Positions 53,668 through 63,901 of a stretch of DNA of 63,901 nucleotides are shown one piece after another; position 1 is the stretch's first letter; every line of letters starts with the position of its first letter. Origin of the DNA: Eledone cirrhosa (lineage: Eukaryota); assembly GCA_964016885.1 (NCBI GenBank), contig OZ024745.1:11718001-11781901 (forward strand), read 5' to 3'. The notes under the pieces were generated by a model. It had not been told where the DNA came from. It made no database searches and worked only from the letters and a program-made list of their open reading frames with translations. The translations under genes were made by a program, and so were the position numbers.

Positions 53668-54183
53668 TACAATGAAGGAATATTTAGTGTGTTTAGATTT
53701 AACAACTACCTCATAGAACATAGAGAATATTTGATCACAAGAGGACAGGTAAAGGTAATTCTATGTCTAGCAAGTTTATGATAGTAATTACGTAACGTTA
53801 TTATCAAAGGACAATTTGGATTAATCGTGTTTTCTGTCAAATGTTGTGAGGACTAAAATGGATTATTTTTGTGATCATTATAGTAATAGATATTCATAAT
53901 TTAATTACTGTACTTTCTTTTTTAAGATTACATTAAATTTGTATATTCTGTGATTTAATTGAATGTTCTTTCATTAGGCCTATATTTATGTACATAAGAT
54001 TCTTTTAGGATAAATTGGGTGAAGTTGATATCTAAATATAATTATCTCAATCTCTCGGGCAGTGTCGCATAGACGTGATGTGATTTTGCCCAGTGCTCCG
54101 AATATCTCAATCATACATTTTCTCCCTACTGATAGGAAAATTAGTTGCACGCGCATCACATCGTGCTGTTCTTCTTATCACTT

Positions 54184-54243
54184 CACTATTCCTCTAATCA
54201 CTACACTATTCCTCTAATCACTACACTATTCCTCTAATCACTA
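54184..54243. repeat. 20-bp perfect tandem repeat, 3 copies
   Basis: CACTATTCCTCTAATCACTA x3. Confidence 0.95.
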
Positions 54244-54948
54244 TCGAATATGACTTGAAAGAAAAATTAAGTTGTAATTACGTTATTCAAGGTTAATGCT
54301 CTTCCCGTTTATCCCAACATCCCCCCCCCCCAAAAAAAAGGAGTGAACATGATTCGTTTTCCGTGTGCTAAACATGCCTTAGCGTCTGAAATCCATCAAA
54401 GTACTTCAGCCCAGTATGTGAACAGTCGTTTGTCGCTAATCACTCTGTAAATGGATTGACATGTATGTATACAGCTATGCCGAAACTAAATTTTAATTTT
54501 ACATTTAAGTTGAGCCAACTTATACAACTTCGTATGCAAATGAGGCTAATCAGTCCACCTACACAGGCGAAAAAACTATATTTTTTTCAAATTCCCGCAG
54601 TGATGAGAGCCAGAGTTCGAAATGCACATACAATTATCCTCCACTGCTTCTGCTGGAATTCGCCAGACGGCGCTGGCCGTCAACTTTTCCATTGATAGGT
54701 TGGCTTTCAAAATGTTTATTTATTAAACATGCCGTATATCTTTAGATATGTGAAATTCACATACATGTATAGAGCTATGCCAAAGCTAGATTTTAATTTT
54801 ATTTATAAATGAATTGTTAAGCATATGTAAGTTCATTCTTTTTCATTTTCTTTGTCTTTTTGTATTTAGAATTTTTTTTTTTTTCAGATTCAGTTTGGTG
54901 CTTATACCCCCATTAAATGGTAAAATTCCATTCGCCATTTTATAGGTT

Positions 54949-54990
54949 TTCTTCTTCTTCTTCTTCTTCTTCTTCTTCTTCTTCTTCTTC
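54949..54990. repeat. (TTC)n microsatellite
   Basis: About 14 units. Confidence 0.97.
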
Positions 54991-55283
54991 CCGAGAGGTG
55001 GGGGGTATAGGAGCCACTTTCAATATTCGTTTTGTTTTGTTTTTCGTTTCATTGAGTGCGTATAAATATGAAATTATACTAATTCATTGGGAAAGTTTCA
55101 CAATTTTTTCAAGTGTAAAGCCTTCTTATATTCCTATAGAATTATTCCTTGAATGATTACGGAAAGATCTCCGCTTCTAATTCATGCAATCTAAAGATTC
55201 CTGGCGTAAACGGAAAGACAAGTTCTCAAATTAACAGCTATAAACGATTTCATGCATGTGTTTGATCGGCAGTGGAAAAATAG

Positions 55284-55402
55284 TGGTTTCTGATTTAGGC
55301 ACAAGGCCAACAATTTGGGGAAAGGGGAAAGCCGATTAAATCGATTCCAGTTTATTACTGGTACTTTATTTTATCGACCACGTAAAGATGAAAGACAAAA
55401 TT
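55284..55402 (-). mobile_element. SINE 3' half (family of 48536/53316)
   Basis: + strand GGCACAAGGCCAACAATTT...CTGGTACTTTATTTTATCGACC..GTAAAGATGAAAGACAAA is the antisense of the core plus tail. Confidence 0.85.
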
Positions 55403-55441
55403 AAATGATTTAAACACAAGGTGATTAAATGATTTATTTTT

Positions 55442-55516
55442 AGGGAAGGTCGATTAAATTGATCCTAGTGCGCTAAGGGTACTTTATTTATCGACCCCGT
55501 AAGGACGAAAGGCAGG
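55442..55516 (-). mobile_element. SINE core fragment
   Basis: + strand GGTACTTTATTTATCGACCCCGTAAGGACGAAAGGCA. Confidence 0.8.
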
Positions 55517-55701
55517 ATTTAAAATAATAGGCATTATTTTCCAGTGTTGTACCAAATGGTGTTGTTTGGATCACCTCTGATTGAGCAGACCCATCCTCAA
55601 AGGCAAGACAGTCATGACTATCCCAACATTTTAGGGGGAACCAGGACATTTTCTAGTGTGTTTTCCATATTTAAGACAGTGGAGTGTAATTTTAATATGA
55701 A

Positions 55702-56043
55702 GGCGCATGGCTTAGTGGTTAGAGCATTGGGCTACCAATCGAAAGGTTGTGAGTTCAATTCTTTAACATACAGTAATGTATTGTATGGAAAGTAGCATGA
55801 CGGGATGGACATATTGTCCTCTCACCACTGTCTTGTCTAGTCCTGTCTACCAATAGAGACACACTAGATGCTATCAAGGTGAACTCCATCAAAGGGTACC
55901 ACCAGTTGTCCCTTCTACATCTACTGATGGTGTACAACCTATGATGTCTGCTTCATTCTTTCATGTTCTATTTTGTGGAGAGATTTGGGGACCAATTGAC
56001 ATTGTCCAACATGGAACATGGATATTGTAATGGAACTAATGTA
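55702..56043 (+). mobile_element. tRNA-derived SINE; head clear, 3' boundary uncertain
   Basis: GGCGCATGGCTTAGTGGTTAGAGC A box and GAGTTCAATTC B box. The head resembles 42326. Confidence 0.6.
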
Positions 56044-56051
56044 TTTTTTTG

Positions 56052-56268
56052 TGTCACTCTTGTCACTCCTGTCACTCCTGTTACTCCTGTCACTCCTGTC
56101 ATCTCTGTCACTCCTGTCACGCCTGTGGCAGCTGTCACTCCCGTCACTCATGTCAAACCTGTCACTCCTGTCACTCATGTCACTCCCGTCACTCATGTCA
56201 CTCATGTCACGCCTGTGGCAGCTGTCACTCCCGTCACTCATGTCACTCCTGTCACACCGGTGACTCCT
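56052..56268. repeat. 9-bp minisatellite TGTCACTC(C/A)
   Basis: About 23 units. The variant GCCTGTGGCAGCTG recurs at a 90-bp offset (56121/56211). A CT-rich tract follows to ~56378. Confidence 0.95.
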
Positions 56269-56421
56269 CCATTTCTGTGCGTCAATTTTCTTACCCTCTT
56301 TCTCTCCCTCTGTCTCTCTCCCCTTCTCTCTCACACTCTCCTTTTCTCTCTCTCTTCCTCCTCCTCCTCCTCTCTCTGATCTTCATAAGAAACAATCGTG
56401 TGTTTTAGAATTACAACAGCA

Positions 56422-59400
56422 ATGTGTGTGTTATATACACATGTGTGTGTTATGTACACATGTGTGTGTTATATACACATGTGTGTGTGTTATATACACA
56501 TGTGTGTGTTATATACACATGTGTGTGTTATATACACATGTGTGTGTTATGTACACATGTGTGTGTTATATACACATGTGTGTGTTATATACACATGTGT
56601 GTGTTATATACACATGTGTGTGTTATATACACGTGTGTGTGTTATATACACATGGTGTGTTATATACACATGTGTGTGTTATATACACATGTGTGTGTTA
56701 TGTACACATGTGTGTGTTATATACACGTGTGTGTGTTATATACACATGTGTGTGTTATATACACATGTGTGTGTTATATACACATGTGTGTGTTATATAC
56801 ACATGTGTGTGTTATATACACATGTGTGTGTTATATACACACGTGTGTGTTATATACACATGTGTGTCTTATGTACACATGTGTGTGTTATATACACATG
56901 TGTGTGTTATGTACACATGTGTGTGTTATATACACATGTGTGTGTTATGTACACATGTGTGTGTTATATACACATGTGTGTGTTATATACACATGTATGT
57001 GTTATGTACACAGTGTGTGTTATATACACATGTGTGTGTTATATACACATGTGTGTGTTATGTACACATGTGTGTGTTATATACACATGTGTGGGTTATA
57101 TACACATGTGTGTGTTATGTACACATGTGTGTGTTATATACACATGTGTGTGTTATATACACATGTGTGTGTTATATACACATGTGTGTGTTATATACAC
57201 ATGTGTGTGTTATGTACACATGTGTGTGTTATATACACATGTGTGTGTTATGTACACATGTGTGTGTTATATACACATGTGTGTGTTATGTACACATGTG
57301 TGTGTTATATACACATGTGTGTGTTATATACACATGTGTGTGTTATGTACACATGTTGTGTGTTATATACACATGTGTGTGTTATGTACACATGTGTGTG
57401 TTATATACACATGTGTGTGTTATGTACACATGTGTGTGTTATATACACATGTGTGTGTTATATACACATGTGTGTGTTATGTACACATGTGTGTGTTATG
57501 TACACATGTGTGTGTTATATACACATGTGTGTGTTATGTACACATGTGTGTGTTATGTACACATGTGTGTGTTATGTACACATGTGTGTGTTATATACAC
57601 ATGTGTGTGTTATATACACATGTGTGTGTTATGTACACATGTGTGTGTTATGTACACATGTGTGTGTTATATACACATGTGTGTGTTATGTACACATGTG
57701 TGTGTTATATACACATGTGTGTGTTATGTACACATGTGTGTGTTATATACACATGTGTGTGTTATTACACATGTGTGTTTATATACACATGTGTGTGTTA
57801 TGTACACATGTGTGTGTTTATACACATGTGTGTGTTATGTACACATGTGTGTGTTATATACACATGTGTGTGTTATGTACACATGTGTGTGGTTATATAC
57901 ACATGTGTGTGTTATATACACATGTGTGTGTTATGTACACATGTGTGTGTTATATACACATGTGTGTGTTATATACACATGTGTGTGTTATGTACACATG
58001 TGTGTGTTATTACACATGGTGTTATACACATGTGTGTGTTATATACACATGTGTGTGTTATATACACATGTGTGTGTTATATACACATGTGTGTGTTATA
58101 TACACATGTGTGTGTTATGTACACATGTGTGTGTTATATACACATGTGTGTGTTATATACACATGTGTGTGTTATGTACACATGTGTGTGTTATATACAC
58201 ATGTGTGTGTTATATACACATGTGTGTGTTATATACACATGTGTGTGTTATATACACATGTGTGTGTTATATACACATGTGTGTGTTATGTACACATGTG
58301 TGTGTTATATACACATGTGTGTGTTATGTACACATGTGTGTGTTATATACACATGTGTGTGTTATTTACACATGTGTGTGTTATGTACACATGTGTGTGT
58401 TATATACACATGTGTGTTATATACATGTGTGTGTTATATACACATGTGTGTGTTATATACACATGTGTGTGTTATATACACATGTGTGTGTTATATACAC
58501 ATGTGTGTGTTATATACACATGTGTGTGTTATGTACACATGTGTGTGTTATATACACATGTGTGTGTTATGATACACATGTGTGTGTTATATACACATGT
58601 GTGTGTTATATACACATGTGTGTGTTATATACACATGTGTGTGTTATATACACATGTGTGTGTTATATACACATGTGTGTGTTATATCACATGTGTTATA
58701 CACATGTGTGTGTTATATACACATGTGTGTGTTATTACACATGTGTGTGTTATATACACATGTGTGTGTTATATACACATGTGTGTGTTATATACACATG
58801 TGTGTGTTATATACACATGTGTGTGTTATTACACATGTGTGTGTTATATACACATGTGTGTGTTATATACACATGTGTGTGTTATATACACATGTGTGTG
58901 TTATATACACATGTGTGTGTTATATACACATGTGTGTGTTATATACACATGTGTGTGTTATATACACATGTGTGTGTTATTTACACATGTGTGTGTTATA
59001 TACACATGTGTGTGTTATATACACATGTGTGTGTTATATACACATGTGTGTGTTATATACACATGTGTGTGTTATATACACATGTGTGTGTTATATACAC
59101 ATGTGTGTGTTATATACACATGTGTGTGTTATATACACATGTGTGTCGTTATGTACACATGTGTGTGTTATATACACATGTGTGTGTTATGTACACATGT
59201 GTGTGTTATATACACATGTGTGTGTTATGTACACATGTGTGTGTTATATACACATGTGTGTGTTATATACACATGTGTGTGTTATGTACACATGTGTGTG
59301 TTATATACACATGTGTGTGTTATATACACATGTGTGTGTTATGTACACATGTGTGTGTTATATACACATGTGTGGGTTATATACACATGTGTGTGTTATG

Positions 59401-62400
59401 TACACATGTGTGTGTTATATACACATGTGTGTGTTATATACACATGTGTGTGTTATATACACATGTGTGTGTTATATACACATGTGTGTGTTATATACAC
59501 ATGTGTGTGTTATGTACACATGTGTGTGTTATATACACATGTGTGTGTTATGTACACATGTGTGTGTTATATACACATGTGTGTGTTATGTACACATGTG
59601 TGTGTTATATACACATGTGTGTTATATACACATGTGTGTGTTATGTACACATGTGTGTGTTATATACACATGTGTGTGTTATGTACACATGTGTGTGTTA
59701 TATACACATGTGTGTGTTAGTACACATGTGTGTGTTATATACACATGTGTGTGTTATATACACATGTGTGTGTTATGTACACATGTGTGTGTTATGTACA
59801 CATGTGTGTGTTATATACACATGTGTGTGTTATGTACACATGTGTGTGTTATGTACACATGTGTGTGTTATATACACATGTGTGTGTTATGTACACATGT
59901 GTGTGTTATATACACATGTGTGTGTTATATACACATGTGTGTGTTATGTACACATGTGTGTGTTATGTACACATGTGTGTGTTATATACACATGTGTGTG
60001 TTATGTACACATGTGTGTGTTATATACACATGTGTGTGTTATGTACACATGTGTGTGTTATGTACACATGTGTGTGTTATGTACACATGTGTGTGTTATG
60101 TACACATGTGTGTGTTATATACACATGTGTGTGTTATATACACATGTGTGTGTTATATACACATGTGTGTGTTATATACACATGTGTGTGTTATATACAC
60201 ATGTGTGTGTTATATACACATGTGTGTGTTATATACACATGTGTGTGTTATGTACACATGTGTGTGTTATATACACATGTGTGTGTTATATACACATGTG
60301 TGTGTTATATACACATGTGTGTGTTATATACACATGTGTGTGTTATGTACACATGTGTGTGTTATATACACATGTGTGTGTTATGTACACATGTGTGGTT
60401 ATATACACATGTGTGTGTTATATACACATGTGTGTGTTATATACACATGTGTGTGTTATATACACATGTGTGTGTTATATACACATGTGTGTGTTATGTA
60501 CACATGTGTGTGTTATATACACATGTGTGTGTTATATACACATGTGTGTGTTATGTACACATGTGTGTGTTATATACACATGTGTGTGTTATATACAAAT
60601 GTGTGTGTTATATACACATGTGTGTCTTATGTACACATGTGTGTGTTATGTACACATGTGTGTGTTATGTACACATGTGTGTGTTATATACACATGTGTG
60701 TGTTATGTACACATGTGTGTGTTATATACACATGTGTGTGTTATATACACATGTCTGTGTCATATACACATGTGTGTGTTATATACACATGTGTGTGTTA
60801 TATACACATGTGTGTGTTATATACACATGTGTGTGTTATGTACACATGTGTGTGTTATGTACACATGTGTGTGTTATATACACATGTGTGTGTTATATAC
60901 ACATGTGTGTGTTATGTACACATGTGTGTGTTATATACACATGTGTGTGTTATATACACATGTGTGTCTTATGTACACATGTGTGTGTTATGTACACATG
61001 TGTGTGTTATATACACATGTGTGTGTTATGTACACATGTGTGTGTTATGTACACATGTGTGTGTTATATACACATGTGTGTGTTATATACACATGTGTGT
61101 GTTATATACACATGTGTGTGTTATGTACACATGTGTGTGTTATATACACATGTGTGTGTTATGTACACATGTGTGTGTTATATACACATGTGTGTGTTAT
61201 ATACACATGTGTGTGTTATATACACATGTGTGTGTTATATACACATGTGTGTGTTATATACACATGTGTGTGTTATATACACATGTGTGTGTTATATACA
61301 CATGTGTGTGTTATATACACATGTGTGTGTTATGTACACATGTGTGTGTTATATACACATGTGTGTGTTATATACACATGTGTGTGTTATATACACATGT
61401 GTGTGTTATATACACATGTGTGTGTTATATACACATGTGTGTGTTATATACACATGTGTGTGTTATATACACATGTGTGTGTTATGTACACATGTGTGTG
61501 TTATATACACATGTGTGTGTTATATACACATGTGTGTGTTATGTACACATGTGTGTGTTATATACACATGTGTGTGTTATATACACATGTGTGTGTTATA
61601 TACACATGTGTGTTTATGTACACATGTGTGTGTTATGTACACATGTGTGTGTTATGTACACATGTGTGTGTTATATACACATGTGTGTGTTATGTACACA
61701 TGTGTGTGTTATATACACATGTGTGTGTTATATACACATGTCTGTGTCATATACACATGTGTGTGTTATATACACATGTGTGTGTTATATACACATGTGT
61801 GTGTTATATACACATGTGTGTGTTATGTACACATGTGTGTGTTATGTACACATGTGTGTGTTATATACACATGTGTGTGTTATATACACATGTGTGTGTT
61901 ATGTACACATGTGTGTGTTATATACACATGTGTGTGTTATATACACATGTGTGTCTTATGTACACATGTGTGTGTTATGTACACATGTGTGTGTTATATA
62001 CACATGTGTGTGTTATGTACACATGTGTGTGTTATGTACACATGTGTGTGTTATATACACATGTGTGTGTTATATACACATGTGTGTGTTATATACACAT
62101 GGTGTGTTATGTACACATGTGTGTGTTATATACACATGTGTGTGTTATGTACACATGTGTGTGTTATATACACATGTGTGTGTTATATACACATGTGTGT
62201 GTTATATACACATGTGTGTGTTATATACACATGTGTGTGTTATATACACATGTGTGTGTTATATACACATGTGTGTGTTATATACACATGTGTGTGTTAT
62301 ATACACATGTGTGTGTTATGTACACATGTGTGTGTTATATACACATGTGTGTGTTATATACACATGTGTGTGTTATATACACATGTGTGTGTTATATACA

Positions 62401-63901
62401 CATGTGTGTGTTATATACACATGTGTGTGTTATATACACATGTGTGTCTTATGTACACATGTGTGTGTTATGTACACATGTGTGTGTTATATACACATGT
62501 GTGTGTTATATACACATGTGTGTGTTATATACACATGTGTGTGTTATGTACACATGTGTGTGTTATATACACATGTGTGTGTTATGTACACATGTGTGTG
62601 TTATATACACATGTGTGTGTTATGTACACATGTGTGTGTTATATACACATGTGTGTGTTATATACACATGTGTGTGTTATGTACACATGTGTGTGTTATG
62701 TACACATGTGTGTGTTATGTACACATGTGTGTGTTATATACACATGTGTGTGTTATATACACATGTGTGTGTTATGTACACATGTGTGTGTTATGTACAC
62801 ATGTGTGTGTTATATACACATGTGTGTGTTATATACACATGTGTGTGTTATGTACACATGTGTGTGTTATATACACATGTGTGTGTATATACACATGTGT
62901 GTGTTATGTACACATGTGTGTGTTATATACACATGTGTGTGTTATATACACATGTGTGTGTTATATACACATGTGTGTGTTATATACACATGTGTGTGTT
63001 ATATACACATGTGTGTGTTATATACACATGTGTGTGTTATATACACATGTGTGTGTTATATACACATGTGTGTGTTATATACACATGTGTGTGTTATATA
63101 CACATGTGTGTGTTATGTACACATGTGTGTGTTATATACACATGTGTGTGTTATATACACATGTGTGTGTTATGTACACATGTGTGTGTTATGTACACAT
63201 GTGTGTGTTGTGTACACATGTGTGTGTTATATACACATGTGTGTGTTATGTACACATGTGTGTGTTATATACACATGTGTGTGTTATATACACAGTGTGT
63301 GTTATGTACACATGTGTGTGTTATATACACATGTGTGGGTTATATACACATGTGTGTGTTATATACACATGTGTGTGTTATATACACATGTGTGTGTTAT
63401 ATACACATGTGTGTGTTATGTACACATGTGTGTGTTATATACACATGTGTGTGTTATATACACATGTGTGTGTTATGTACACATGTGTGTGTTATATACA
63501 CATGTGTGTGTTATATACACATGTGTGTGTTATATACACATGTGTGTGTTATGATACACATGTGTGTGTTATATACACATGTGTGTGTTATGTACACATG
63601 TGTGTGTTATATACACATGTGTGTGTTATGTACACATGTGTGTGTTATATACACATGTGTGTGTTATGTACACATGTGTGTGTTATATACACATGTGTGT
63701 GTTATATACACATGTGTGTGTTATGTACACATGTGTGTTATATACACATGTGTGTGTTATGTACACATGTGTGTGTTATATACACATGTGTGTGTTAATG
63801 TACACATGTGTGTGTTATATACACATGTGTGTGTTATATACCACATGTGTGTGTTATGTACACATGTGAAGTGTTATGTACATGTGTGTGTATACACATG
63901 T
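56422..63901. repeat. 19-bp satellite, about 390 copies, open at the window end
   Basis: Unit AT(A/G)TACACATGTGTGTGTT with the palindromic core ACACATGTGT. Confidence 0.99.

Noticed and set aside
55939-56408. CHS-repeat metallothionein-like, VTP-repeat and DRS-repeat ORFs
   Set aside because: They are overlapping frames of a 9-bp minisatellite, and the flanks are SINE and CT-microsatellite sequence.
56398-63869. Cys/His-rich ORFs over 1000 aa as zinc-finger or metal-binding proteins
   Set aside because: The 19-bp unit is not a multiple of 3, so all + frames give the same 19-aa cycle. This is a satellite artefact with no C2H2 spacing.

Overview
Repeat-dominated eukaryotic DNA with no confidently identifiable intact protein-coding gene. 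The SINE families and the dense (TA)n/(CA)n/(CATA)n microsatellites suggest an octopus or other cephalopod; this is an inference from recalled family signatures. Positions 1-39520 are one head-to-tail array of a 48-bp monomer (about 820 copies, truncated by the window start) with nested higher-order duplications marked by shared indels. The monomer has strong triplet periodicity: it reads as a Thr-rich, mucin-like 16-aa repeat on + and a Cys-rich 16-aa repeat on -. Whether it is or was coding is the main open question. Positions 39.6-56.4 kb are a patchwork of minisatellites (43, 21, 31, 16/~20, ~20 and 9 bp), microsatellites and transposon relics. The relics include tRNA-derived SINEs, an RTE LINE 3' end, a decayed Penelope-like element (GIY-YIG C-terminus plus a degenerate hammerhead motif) with a 2-kb minisatellite in its 3' UTR, and a 79-bp mariner-type MITE. 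Three independent micro-inversions occur here, one of which creates a 59-bp fully paired RNA hairpin. Positions 56422-63901 are a 19-bp quasi-palindromic, purine/pyrimidine-alternating satellite. The long ORFs in the ORF track are by-products of the repeats.
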